A DNA stretch of 64,000 nt from Eledone cirrhosa (lineage: Eukaryota), in the NCBI GenBank assembly GCA_964016885.1, contig OZ024745.1:117986001-118050000 (forward strand), read 5' to 3'. The notes beneath the pieces are model-generated. The model saw only the letters and a list, made by a program, of their open reading frames with translations, was not told the origin of the DNA and made no database searches. How positions within the stretch are numbered: the stretch's first letter is position 1; each line of letters begins with the position of its first letter. Made by a program: the position numbers and the translations under genes. This document shows, in pieces, positions 35,771-48,040 of the stretch.

Positions 35771-35777
35771 ATTAGTA

Positions 35778-36070
35778 GACGAAGCATGGCTGAATGGTTT
35801 TAAGAGGTTTGCTTCGCTAACATTGGTCCAGGGTTCGATCCCACTGCGGGGTATCTTGGGCAAGTATTTTTTAGCGTAACTCCAATTCGACTCCTGTCTT
35901 GTGAGTGAAATTGGGTACACGGAATGGACTGTACTAATAATTCAAAGAACACACTGGTGCCACGCTGAATCTCCCTGAGAATTATGTTAATTATTATACG
36001 TGTGTGTTGAAGTAGGCTGTTTCGTTGATCGAACAACTGGAACACTCATCATTGAAACCGACGGAAGTCC
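35778..36070 (+). mobile_element. tRNA-head CORE-like SINE
   Basis: CATGGCTGAATGG A box, GGTTCGATCCC B box and CORE-like CTTGGGCAAGT. Confidence 0.65.
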
Positions 36071-36266
36071 ATTCTGCGGCCTTGGAACTCGACTGCCTGA
36101 AGAGTAATTACGAAAGAATTGGTGCAATTTCGACATTTTAAAAATAAATCATGTTTTCACTTTACATACCTCCTATACTGAGAACTTTCTGTTCAACAGT
36201 AGCTACTTCTGTTCACACTAACACACACACAGACGCATATGCACACACACACACACACACACGCAC

Positions 36267-36318
<52 letters not shown>

Positions 36319-36408
36319 GTATATATATATATGTATATGTGTGTATATATATATATATGTATATATATATATGTATAAGTATATATATATATATATATGT
36401 ATACGAGC

Positions 36409-37047
36409 GATTAATGGCCGGCTTTGCCATATTTAAATAACAAGCAAATAGTTTATCGCTCTACATGGCTGAATACAATAAATGTAATCTGAATGTTTCG
36501 AATATTAACTATAATATTCGATTCGTTTGCAATTATGCAAACAGCCTCTTTCAAGGCATGTCAGTCGAATGAGCCCCGTCATTCTTGCTCTTGCGTTGAC
36601 ATATAAGCAGAACTGCAGACACTAATGTTTCTGGGTGATTACTCTTCATTAGTACAGTATACTGTTTACCTGCCAACTGTCACAGCTAGTGAAAATATAT
36701 ATTTTCCAAAATATACAGTGGCTGATCGGCCTGATTTGCATATTAGCAGACTGCCTGACCAGTCAGATCTGCATATTAGCAGACCTACTGATCAGCCAGA
36801 TTTGCATATCAGTGTACGAACAATTAATGGCCGGCTTAGCTATATTCAAATAATATGTTTACATCGCAACACAAGAGCAAGTATGATGGGGTCATTCTAT
36901 GGACATGGCTTTATAGAGGCTGCTTGCATAATTGCAAACGAACCGATTATTATTTATATTCGAAAAACTCAGATTTATTGTATTCAGCCATGTAGAGCGA
37001 TAAACTATTTGCTTGTTATTTAAATATGGCAAAGCCGGCCATTAATC
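36409..37047. repeat. Foldback structure with ~190-bp inverted arms
   Basis: 36409-36598 pairs with 36867-37047. The outer 75 bp are perfectly complementary and the inner part is diverged. Confidence 0.9.
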
Positions 37048-37815
37048 TGCTGATATCCAAATCTGGCTGATCAGTGGGTCGGCTAATATGCAAATCTGGC
37101 TGGTGAATGGCTCTGCTAATATTCAAATTTGGCTGATCAATGGGTCTGCTAATATGCAAATCTAGCTGATCAGTGGGTTTGCTAATATGCAAATCTGGCT
37201 AATCAGTGGCTCTCCTAATATGCAAATCTGGCTGATCAATGGGTCAGCTAATATGCAAATCTAGCTGATCAGTGGGTTTGCTAATATGCAAATCTGGCTA
37301 ATCAGTGACTCTCCTAATATGCAAATCTGGCTGATCAGTGGATCTCCTAATATGCAAATCTGGCTGATCAGTGGCTCTCCTAATATGCAAATCTGGCTGA
37401 TCAGTGGCTCTCCTAATATGCAAATCTGGCTGATCAGTGGATCTCCTAATATGCAAATCTGGCTGATCAGTGGCTCTCCTAATATGCAAATCTGGCTGAT
37501 CAGTGGCTCTCCTAATATGCAAATCTGGCTGATCAGTGGCTCTCCTAATATGCAAATCTGGCTGATCAGTGGATCTCCTAATATGCAAATCTGGCTGATC
37601 AGTGGCTCTCCTAATATGCAAATCTGGCTGATCAGTGGCTCTCCTAATATGCAAATCTGGCTGATCAGTGGATCTCCTAATATGCAAATCTGGCTGATCA
37701 GTGGCTCTCCTAATATGCAAATCTGGCTGATCAGTGGCTCTCCTAATATGCAAATCTGGCTGATCAGTGGATCTCCTAATATGCAAATCTGGCTGATCAG
37801 TGGATCTCCTAATAT
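37048..37815 (+). repeat. 33-bp tandem array (~23 units) containing the octamer ATGCAAAT
   Basis: Unit TAATATGCAAATCTGGCTGATCAGTGG(C/A)TCTCC, period 33. Three inverted degenerate units lie at 36716-36812. Confidence 0.95.
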
Positions 37816-38571
37816 GGAAGTGGCGATGAAGCGGTGTTAGAGCGCTGGACTTTTGAAACATGTTTGAATGTGATGATTCTAATTGCAGCTAGTTGAAGTT
37901 GTTCCACATCTGAACGTGTCTCCCTCGCTACCCTCCGGTGCAATGCTTTCTCTATAATGTCCCTGGGACCAGGAGAGGTCATGCGCCTGGGGATCTCTAT
38001 GTCGGAGACCGTTCTTCTAGTCTTATATCATTGTATTCGCTCTAGGTATTCTTTCATTCATTAGAGTTTCAGTTAAGGGAAGGAGCGGGTGAGTTTCCAT
38101 CAACTATTCGACTAAACCTCTCTGTCTCTATGTCCGTGTGTAGTCATGCGTTGCGTTCACATTGTTTATCCTAAACTATGTTTTTCTTACAATTCTTTCT
38201 ACTAAACAGCTGCATAAAATGCACTTGAAGAATTCATTGCTTCCAGAGCTTCAGATTAAATAAACTTGTATCTTCTTGGCAAAAGTGTATAGATTCTAAT
38301 AGATTTTGTTTTGATCAATAAAGTTTTATTTGCCCTCGGGTATATCGTTTTAAAAACTTGCATTAAGTTCTGAACAATCTGATAGAATTTCGCGTTCCTT
38401 TTTCACAGACAAGATGTAATTTCCGAAGTATAATTTCGAAAGTGTAATTCAGTATTTAATAGCGTTCCTTTAGAATCCTTGATGAAACAATTATTTTTGA
38501 TTTTATTCCAATATGACCTTCCAGTAATCCGCTCAGACTTTCATATTGAGATGGTGTCCGTTTAAGGTGGT

Positions 38572-38755
38572 TAATAATTGTTTCTACGTTTTGGCACAAG
38601 GCCAGCAATTATCCCTGTGCGTGACTGGTACTTTATTTTATCGACCCCGTAAGGATGAAAGGTAAAGTTAACCTCTGCGGTATTTGAACTCATATCATAA
38701 AGGGTCGTAACTCTATGCTGCAAAGCATGGCGTCTGACCCTCTACCGATACTGCA
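38572..38755 (-). mobile_element. tRNA-derived SINE S1
   Basis: Matches 23514-23694. Confidence 0.8.
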
Positions 38756-38939
38756 ATACGCTACACGTGTTTGTATATGAATATACATCTCCGTCAGTAG
38801 TTTTTTAAAATTTACACATACAATGCATTGCTACAGTATTGTTTTCGACCCGGACGCAGCACAGCCGACCAAATATTTACACAGCGGCGGTTCTTCGAGA
38901 AGTCGTGGGAGTATTGCCAAGATGTATATTCTTGTTTTT

Positions 38940-39190
38940 GAATCGGAGAGATGACAGCTCCGACACTATGGGCATGTGGTTAGAATGTCTCAGGAAAGAA
39001 TCACTGGACAGATTTTAGAGGCAAAATCACAGACCCAAGAGTTGAGCCCGAGCAAGATGTTTGGATATCATCCGTTGTCTCGCTTGGGGATCCAACCGGA
39101 TCAGTTGGAGACGGTTGCTTCTAACAGGGCCCACTGGAAGGAGTGTTTGAGGACTCTGCCCCCACGACCCTCTCAGGAATAAGTGGGGGA
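38940..39190 (+). mobile_element. RTE LINE 3' fragment
   Basis: QLRHYGHVVRMSQERITGQILEAK...SRLGIQPDQLETVASNRAHWKECLRTLPPRP. Confidence 0.8.
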
Positions 39191-40349
39191 AGACATCTCG
39201 TTTGGCGAATCAAGACTTCTCACAGTAAAAAAACACATTTTAGAGAAATGAACAGAAGACTTCGACACGGTCTTCAACAATAACTGAAGCGGCAGTATAT
39301 CAACTGCAGCCTCGAGCTAGATATTCAACCTACTGACACAGAAGTGGCAAAAGCCATTAAGTAACTGTCATGTGGTAAAGATCTGGATCAGATGCCATTC
39401 CAGCAGAAATTTATAGATTTTGTGGACCCATTCTGTATCAGTTGACTGATTTGAAAATGTTACCAAATCTCCTTCCAAGCACATCCTGCCATTTAAAAAG
39501 CGAAATAAGCATAGTATACTGCAATCTGTAAAAACAAGCCGAATAAGCGCATTTAAAATGCTTTTAACCTTTAGAGTACGTGAGGCGACAAAATACACCA
39601 TAGAGTCATCTCCCTTAATAGATAATGCAGTGTCAAGGGAAACAACTCATAAAAATTACTAGCGTGCTAAAGGCTAATAATAAATTTGATCTAAAGCAAA
39701 ACAACAAAAACAAAACTATATAAAAAGGTGACCGGATGAAAAGATTCGTTTATATATTTCCAGTGAAAAAATAAAGAACTTCTATGAAGTCGCGTAACCT
39801 ATTAGCAACTACATTTGCCCAAATCACACCCCTAAAGTCTTAAAAAACGAAGATATTGGATAATTTAGTCTAAGATTTTCGGTGACAGGTGGGATGACTT
39901 CGACCGTATGTTTGTTAGATGGGGACTAAAGTGAGGCTGAAACAACAGCAACACTTCCTCTGTATCTTTTGGTTTTATTTAACTTTACGGAAGTTATCGG
40001 TCTATTTAATATTGTCTATGTCATTAAGATCCCCGAGAAAAGAGACAAGGTTAAGGCAACCTTAAAAGGGATTAAATTCCAAGACAAAACCATATACTAT
40101 GTTGAGTGGATGACATTAATCATGAGATAATGAGAAAACCTATCACGCAATTCTGACAAATTAGAACCAGCCAAACATCAAATGTTTGGAGTTAGTAATT
40201 CCCTTTCTCTTGTACAATTTAGCCGTCAATGGAGAAATGTCTTTTTCAAGGATATTTAATGATATTGACGGGATTGTTTATATATCAGATAGACATTTCT
40301 TGTTTTTATTTAACTTTTGCTCATTCCATCCCCTTCTCCCTCATAGACT

Positions 40350-40360
40350 TTCTCTCTCTC

Positions 40361-40413
<53 letters not shown>

Positions 40414-40593
40414 CACATCCACTCTCTCTCTCTTATCCACATACACACACCCTCTCTCATCTACATACACACACACTCTCTGTCTCTCATCCACACACAC
40501 ATACACACACACACACACTCTCTCTCATCCACATACACATACACACACCCTCTCTCATCTACATACACACACACTCTCTTTCTCTCATCCACA

Positions 40594-40639
<46 letters not shown>

Positions 40640-40715
40640 CTCTCTCTCATCCACATACACATACACACACCCTCTCTCATCTACATACACACACACTCTC
40701 TTTCTCTCATCCACA

Positions 40716-40748
<33 letters not shown>

Positions 40749-41035
40749 TCTCTCTCTCTCATCCACATACACACACTCTCTCTCTCATCCACACACGCAC
40801 ACACTCTCTCTTTCTCTCATCCACACGCACACACGCACTCTCTCTCTCTCATCTACATACACACACTCTCCCTCATCCACACACACACACACACTCTCTT
40901 TCTCTCATCCACACACACACACTCTCTCTCTCTCTCCTCCACACACACACACTCTCTCTCTCTCTCATCCACACACACACACACTCTCACTCTCTCATCT
41001 ACATACACACACTCTCTCTCTCTTATTCACATACA
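40350..41035 (+). repeat. Compound (CT)n-CATCCA-(CA)n minisatellite
   Basis: Recurrent CTCTCATC(C/T)ACA(T/C)ACACAC units. Confidence 0.9.
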
Positions 41036-41099
41036 CTCTCTTTCACTCTCCCTTTCTCTCTCTTGTCCATTCACAACACTTTGTAATTCACTGCGACCG

Positions 41100-41266
41100 A
41101 CTAAATCGACCCCAGTACATTACTGGTACTTTATTTTATCGACCCCGTAAGGATGAAAGGCAAAGTTAACCTCGGCGGGATTTGAACTCAGATCATAAAG
41201 GGCCGTAACTCTATACTGCAACGCATGTTGTTCGACGCTCTACCCATACTGCCAATCCACCGCCCT
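41100..41266 (-). mobile_element. tRNA-derived SINE S1
   Basis: Core and head TACTGCCAATCCACCGCC. Confidence 0.8.
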
Positions 41267-41539
41267 TGAGGCTTACAATATAATATCTGTGAATTGAAAC
41301 CGGGTCGCACACAACCCCCCCTTACTTGGCAAACGTCACACCGAAATGTTATACCACATTCTATATTGATGTAATTAAGTTCGCTTTGCAGAAACTTGTT
41401 TTTACTGAACTACACTCAAAACTTGTGACGAGTGAACCATACGAACCTGCCGTGGTATATTTGATTTTGTGATTTATTTATTTAAAACTAAAGTACGTCA
41501 CCGTTACCGGCATGAGTACACTATGTGCTGGGTGTAGTA

Positions 41540-41670
41540 TACAGGGTGTCTCTAAAGTTGGGGTCCTTTTGGGATAAGGTGCATGAAAAACATCTGTTAT
41601 CTTTCGGTATGGCCATCCTTCACGTCTGTTGAGAAGAACCAGTTTAATCCTCTCGACACTCATATCGAAA
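41540..41670 (-). mobile_element. Tc1/mariner remnant (terminus-like TACAGGGTGTC plus transposase HTH fragment)
   Basis: ERIKLVLLNRREGWPYRKITDVFHAPYPKR resembles a Tc1/mariner N-terminal HTH. Confidence 0.45.
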
Positions 41671-41701
41671 ATGTCTGACAACAAAATTACAGTCAGTTAT
41701 A

Positions 41702-41888
41702 AATAGTTGTTTCTATTTTTGGCACAAGGCCAGCAACTACCCAGTACATTACTGGTACTTTATTTTATCGACCCCGTAAGGATGAAAGGCAAAGTTAGCC
41801 TCGACAGAATTTGAACTCAGACAGTAAAGGGACGTAACTATGCTGGAAAGCATGGCGTCCGACCCTCTACCGATACTGCCAATTCACA
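41702..41888 (-). mobile_element. tRNA-derived SINE S1
   Basis: Matches 23514-23694. Confidence 0.8.
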
Positions 41889-41929
41889 TAGTGATAGTTC
41901 CTGAGGTTCTGACATAAGGGACACCTTAT

Positions 41930-41964
<35 letters not shown>

Positions 41965-42225
41965 CAGTTGTCCCCCGGTATTCCCAGGGGTTACGTTTCT
42001 AGAGCACACAAGAAGAGTGAAAATTCGCGAATATTGGACGTGGTCCATAAAAATGCCTATAAACCTCAAAACACAACATAAAATATAGGCCAGCAAATAC
42101 GGTATATAATTTAGCGTTAAAAAGCGATAAAAAAAAAATATTGCCACGAAAAAATCGATTAAAAAATCGCGGAAGATATTTACGATTCCGCGAATAACAG
42201 GAATACGAATGCCGGGAGTACATTG
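41965..42225. mobile_element. Tigger/pogo-like MITE
   Basis: TA-flanked imperfect TIRs CAGTTGTCCCCCGGTATTC / GAATGCCGGGAGTACATTG. Confidence 0.55.
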
Positions 42226-42281
<56 letters not shown>

Positions 42282-42332
42282 AACAAGTAAGACCCCGACG
42301 GCTGAGCTCAAGCCGTGTCGACGGCTAATTCT

Positions 42333-42408
<76 letters not shown>

Positions 42409-42689
42409 AGATGGCACCGATGCAATTTGGTTTCTCGCCTTTATTTAACACCACGTGTTGACATCAGCAGCAGTACCAAGAAAATTATTACCTGGACTCA
42501 TAGAGACAGGAATTTGCAGTGAAGACGTAGCAATGTAGTGCTTTTGCAAGACTTTATTTGTATTAATTGGTATATTTTTTGCAAAAGGGTCGTATGACTT
42601 CTGTCTTTGCCCTGTGAGGGAAGACTTTGTAATATTTGGGATTTTGGCTGTTTGACCTTTATATTTTATTTTTCTTAAGAAAAATAAAA

Positions 42690-43775
42690 CATGGACGAGA
42701 CACGCTCACAACATTGAGTCTGCCGTTTCGTGACGGTGACTTAAAGGTTGAGAGGAGGGATACTGCAACAACAAGAACCACTGTGGACACAAAAGAAAAT
42801 AATAATAATTACAAACACAACATGCAACAACAAAATTAGCAACACCACCAACAACAACAACATGAACAACGACAGCAAGAACAACAACACCAACAGCCAC
42901 TAGGAAACAAGTGAAGAAAATAACGGCAACAACAACTGCAAGAGCAACAACGAAAACAACAACAACGCCAGAACCAAGAACAACGAAAACAACAACTGTA
43001 CCAAAAAACAACACCAACACCATCACAAATTGCAACAGCGACAACAACACCAACAACAAGAGCAACTTGAAGAAGAGTAAAAGTAACAACAATAATAACA
43101 ATGTCACCATCACCGACAACAGCAATATGGACAACAAGAACTCTTTCGTTGCTGCAGCAGCCAAAAAGAGGTCTTGCTTCACCATGGATCTTAACCAAAG
43201 AGATAGAAAGTTGGCCCAGGCAAGGAAGCTCATTAAACAAGAGCAAACCTGGGCCAACTTAATTGTCCGGGCAGAGGCCATAGAAGCGGTGGAGAGGAGG
43301 ACGGTGATTGTTAGATGCATTTCAGTGTAGACTAAAAAAGCGGCGATCAATCCCGAAGCTGAAGCTGCACTGGAATGCATCAGAGATGACACCGAGTACA
43401 TAGCGAGGAGTAAACATTGCGGCACCACCTCGGTGCTGTTTAAGTCAGAAGCCCTTGCTGTGAAACACTCGGTGACACCCCCACATGGAAAAAAAAGGAC
43501 AGTTCGAGTTCGCATTCCCAGGATTCCACCAGGACTTGACTTATGGTAGCTCCAAGGATGCGTGATTGTGGAGGGGAGAGATGCCGTCCCAATCGAGGCG
43601 ACCAGAACAGACAGGGATGACTGAGCCGGTGATGACAAGGGGACATTACTCCACATCAGTCCGGAGGACTTTAGAAAAATCCCGGATTCCATCCGTCTCC
43701 AAAGCGGGACGGTGATGCCGGTAATGACCGAGGACAAAAGGTCACACTGTTTCGCATGCACCTCAAACATGCATT
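42690..43775 (+). mobile_element. Degenerate Tx1/L1-type ORF1 (gag-like) with (AAC)n low-complexity N-terminus
   Basis: SFVAAAAKK, RRTVIV, VRVRIPRIPP and KIPDSIRL...VMTEDKRSHCFAC....H (knuckle-like). Homologous to the ORF1 remnant at 62650-62765(-). Confidence 0.65.
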
Positions 43776-43972
43776 AAGCCTCCACTGCTGCCGACGTCGG
43801 CAAAAGTTGACAGGGTGGGTTGTCAACAAGTATGGTGTGTTCATACGCGAAGATACTATAAAATAGCTTATGAAATAGGATGAAGACCCTTACAGCTGGA
43901 AAAGCATTTTTCCATCGGCCGCTATGAGGAATCAAACCCCATATCTTCCAGATATCGACTAACAATAAATAT

Positions 43973-44280
43973 CACTGGTCAACACAGTTTTTGCTGACTT
44001 AGGTTTTGTTGTTATTTTTAGCTAATTTTGAGGTGCTGACTTCAAATATGGCATCCATTTTCCCCTAACACACCAGGTTTTAATATTTGTCTTTCGCTCG
44101 GCTATCCCAGAAACACAGGAAACAGGGATATTTTGTATACCCTCTTTGTTGGCCAACTGAAAACTTGATGTGATAGAAAAAAAGTATTGTCATTTGAAAA
44201 CTCAGAAGCCCCAAATTACACTAGAACAGGTCTCAAACTTTGGTCAGCAGAAAAAAAAACTGAATTTTGTTGATTCATTT
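43973..44280. mobile_element. DNA transposon remnant (CAC-initiated terminus, possibly Chapaev-like)
   Basis: Left CACTGGTCAACA and degenerate right TTTTGTTGATTCA. Confidence 0.3.
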
Positions 44281-45800
44281 CATTGAATCATTAACATGTT
44301 TGGGGTGAGTTGTGTTTATTCAGTTTAGAATAGGTAGACCGAATCCCAACGTACCGCAGGAGGGAAAGCATTCTGCCATAAGACATTGTCCATAAAAAGA
44401 CTTCAGTGTGAATAAAGCCTATCATAATGGTTCTCAAGTCTTATCACAATAGTTTTCAAGGCTTGCTATGTGTAATCTGGTTCAAACAAATATTACTGAA
44501 GATTACGGTCTTAACATCTTCAATCTATTATATAACACTAGCAGAAAAACCACCCTTCTGATCCAAGGCATATCGTATTTATATCTCCCTATCTCTCCCT
44601 CTCTTTCACATGTCCCGTCCCCTTCTTTTCATATTCACATTTCTCCTGCCTACACTTCATCGCATTTCTCTCCCTTTTCTTTACCCACACTTTCCGTCCA
44701 CACCACTCTCTGATAATATCACTCTTTATCTCTCACCCTTCTTTTTCCTCTCTGTCTCTCTCACTTCTTTTTCCTCTCTCTCATCCTTCTTTTTCCTCTC
44801 TCTCACTTTTCCTTTTCCTCTCTCACCCTTCTTTTTCCTCTCTCTCACCCTTATTTTTCCCCTCTTTCTCCATCTCTCTGATTTTCCCCTCACATCGCCT
44901 TTTCTCTATTTTACCAAACACCGATGACTAAGGTGAATATTTAGTTACCAGTTCCATCAGTCTAACACCTCTCACGTGATAAACTAACTAATATCAGCTA
45001 TGAAATTACCAATTGTGGTACTTCGTTAACATGAATTAAACGATAAGTCATCATTTGATGAGTAAGTTGGTCTGTACAAAAGAGAAGGGTTTACGGTTTA
45101 GCGTTTTAAAACTGACAGGAAGACCAATAGAGAGTGAAAGAGAAATATAAATTACGGATCGAGAACGTGATTGATAGATTACCGAGTGAAATGCTTCATG
45201 GCTTTTGTTCTGGCACTTTGCATTCTGTGTTCATATCCCGCAGTTGTCTATTTAGGGAATAATAGACTGTACTTGTCATCTAGTTTATCACCACTTCCTG
45301 GCCTTTGGGTAGCTTTCTTGGGACCCATCGTTATTTAGCGGTGGATTGGCAGTATCGGTAGAGAGTCGGACGCCATGCTTAGGTGTTATCACGAATCTTC
45401 CGAAACCGGAGGACAGAAAGAACTGTAAATGTTGGAGAGAGAGAGAGAGAGATTTTAATTTTTGAATAGAAAGATAAATAGCAAAGAGAGAATGGCACGA
45501 AGATTAAATGAATACGATAAACCGAGTGAGCCTCTATATAGTCGCTCAGATGTATAGTAACGTCCAAATACCTCCCTAAATCCCACCATACTGCCTTAAA
45601 AAGGGAAATATACTTTTCGCAATATAGACTTGTTACACAAAAAGACGAGGTGGTCATGGGTGAAACATCTCTGTTCATAGATCTTCTTCATCAGGGTTGA
45701 ACAAATTTGGAAAAGAATGACAAAAAAAAAAAAAAAGAAAAGGTGCAATAAATAGCAAAAATTGAATATGGAAGCGGAAAAGAACATATATATATATAGT

Positions 45801-45856
<56 letters not shown>

Positions 45857-45857
<1 letters not shown>

Positions 45858-46329
45858 GTAAGGTTGCAATAAGTGTGTCCGTAGGCGGTATGCCGTTTGA
45901 GCACTCGATGCTCACGTGGAGCAGAGTATATTATTATAGATAACGAGGAATCAGTGATGCATCAAAACACAATTTATTAATATATTACATATGTTTCTCC
46001 GACAATCAGCTCAAGGCAGGATCTATTATAGATCGAACCTGACTCTGCACTCGCAAGGTCCTCAGATATGTTTATCGTTTTCAAGGCATTTTTTCATACT
46101 GACAATATTCAGTCCGTTTGATCCCCCATCCCTTGACATCATCCTGTTTAAGCGGTCTAGTCATTGGCTAATAATTTGAGGCGTCCCTTGACCAGTCCAA
46201 TGCGACCATTGGTTGCATTCATTCACACGTGAATTATCCATCACTCGAATTTGGTGAGCAAACTACTACTATGCGGGCGGAGGCGTGTAAAAGTATCTGC
46301 CATAGTTCAAGTCTGCTCATTCAGACACA
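45857..46329 (-). mobile_element. Possible solo LTR
   Basis: The minus strand starts TGTG, has two CCAAT boxes and an AATAAA ~115 bp before its ...CCTTACA end. No TSD or second copy was seen. Confidence 0.3.
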
Positions 46330-46349
46330 CATATATGCATGCGTACATA

Positions 46350-46515
46350 CCTAATTGAAGGCGCAAATTCAAATCAGGCGAAACATTTTTTGTAAAAAAT
46401 CATTTCAGCTGTTCAACAAAAAAATCAATATATGACATTGAATATAAAGGGTGTAACGAAGCTTATATAGAGCAAAACAATCTCAACCCCAGAAACAGAA
46501 TGACAATTCACCGCC
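46350..46515 (+). mobile_element. Penelope GIY-YIG fragment related to 284-968
   Basis: LIEG..FKSGETFFVKNHFSCSTKKSIYDIEYKGCNEAYIEQ....RNRMTIHR. Confidence 0.7.
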
Positions 46516-47121
46516 TATCAAATTGTACTTCTAACATAAAGCAATCTAAGCCACATTTTTATTATAAAACTGAAAGAAATACCCCAGTTAGACGCCACAC
46601 ATTTCTACATCGCTCTTGACTTTTGAAAATCGTGAAACTTGTGAAGGACTCCAATTAGATTTTCAACCTTCTTTTCTTAAATTTTTACTCGTGTTGGACA
46701 TATTAAAAAATGTCATAATGTAAGTATATATAGAAGTAGTTTCACAACATTTAGTTCACTACTAACTACTTCTTTAAACTCGTCTCATGAACTGAGTGCT
46801 CTACTACTACGGATATTACCCTCCAGTGTTCTATTATATATAGAACACTGCCTCTCCTGCTCTCCCCTTCTCTCATATACACCAGGTCCGCACTCAAAGG
46901 AACCAAACTCTCACTGCTTCTGCCTCTCCCAATCTCTCACTATTATGAGCAAATGCGGGCCCTCTCACTGGCTGCCCCGCGCCCCGGTGGACAGAATAGA
47001 TAAGGCGTTTCCCCGGAGGATGGTGAAGGAGACGTACTGGTAGAGCCATCCCAGCTTTCTTTTGCTGTATTTTTCCTGCTTAGAACTATTCTGATGTATT
47101 CTGATGTAAACTGTGTTTATC

Positions 47122-47206
47122 TATTGGGTCGTCAAGTATGAAATTTGTAGAAATTTGGGCTTTTTTTCAACAAATTTCTACAAATTTCATACTTGACGAC
47201 CCAATA
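47122..47206. repeat. Perfect 36-bp inverted repeat, 13-nt spacer
   Basis: 47122-47157 is the reverse complement of 47171-47206. Confidence 0.95.
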
Positions 47207-47512
47207 TTTAGTGTTTTACTCTTTTCTCCATACCATGTATTTCGTCTAAAGTATACTTTGTATAAAGTTCTATGATCTCTGTTACTATTGATCATAGTGT
47301 GTGTATGTGTATATATATATATATATGTGTATAAATGTATGTACATATATATATGTACGTATGTGTGGATGCATGCATATGTGTGTGTGCATGTATGTGT
47401 GTATGCAAGTATGTATACATGTATGCTCGTACGTAGGTGTGTATGTATGCATGCATGTATATATGTATGCATGTATGCGCGTACGTAGGTGTGTGTGTGT
47501 ATCAATGCATGC

Positions 47513-47554
<42 letters not shown>

Positions 47555-47696
47555 ATGTGTGAATGTATGTATGAGAGTACATACATTCACACATATACAT
47601 GTATATATATATATTGACTGTATATATATATATACATTGACTGACCAACGGTCAAAAATACAGATACAATATAGACACAAACACATATATATAGTT

Positions 47697-47740
47697 TATC
47701 AAAGTTCTTTCGTTGCACATCTGCAACATCGTCAGTGGTG
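47697..47740 (-). ncRNA. Candidate minimal hammerhead ribozyme in a Penelope pLTR
   Basis: The minus strand reads CACCA CTGACGA T GTTGCA GATG TGCAAC GAAA GAAC TT TGAT. The core boxes and a 6-bp stem II are present; stems I and III are weak. Confidence 0.5.
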
Positions 47741-48040
47741 CTATTGTTTCCTCCCGTTGCATTGTATTTTCTACGCCATCTTTATTTAGTCTGTTTATAT
47801 ATTTATTTATTTGTTTATTTTATTTTGTCTTCTTTGCGCATGCGTTTGCGTGTGTGTATAGTGTTTGTTTGATGTGTGTTCGTGATTGGGTGACTGTGTA
47901 TTGGTTAATGTATTCTATCTTTACTAGTGTGTGTTTATATGTGTTTGTTGTTATTGTGCTTGTGTATTTATTTATTTATTTATTTATTTATACTTTCTCT
48001 TAGGTCAGTGTTGTTTGTTTGGGTGTTGTTGTTATTCCAT

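Noticed and set aside
37286-37861. Repeat proteins (MQIWLISGSPN)n and (TDQPDLHIRRA)n, or a CRISPR array
   Set aside because: The 33-bp period keeps frames open on both strands by chance. There are no spacers, splice signals or flanking coding sequence.
37834-38191. Possible solo LTR (TG...TTACA)
   Set aside because: There is no TSD, poly(A) signal or convincing second copy.
40186-41169. His/Thr/Ser/Leu-rich ORFs here and in other CA/TA/CT tracts
   Set aside because: These are microsatellite translations.
42706-43770. 354-aa minus-strand hydrophobic ORF
   Set aside because: It is the antisense shadow of the AAC-rich LINE ORF1 remnant.
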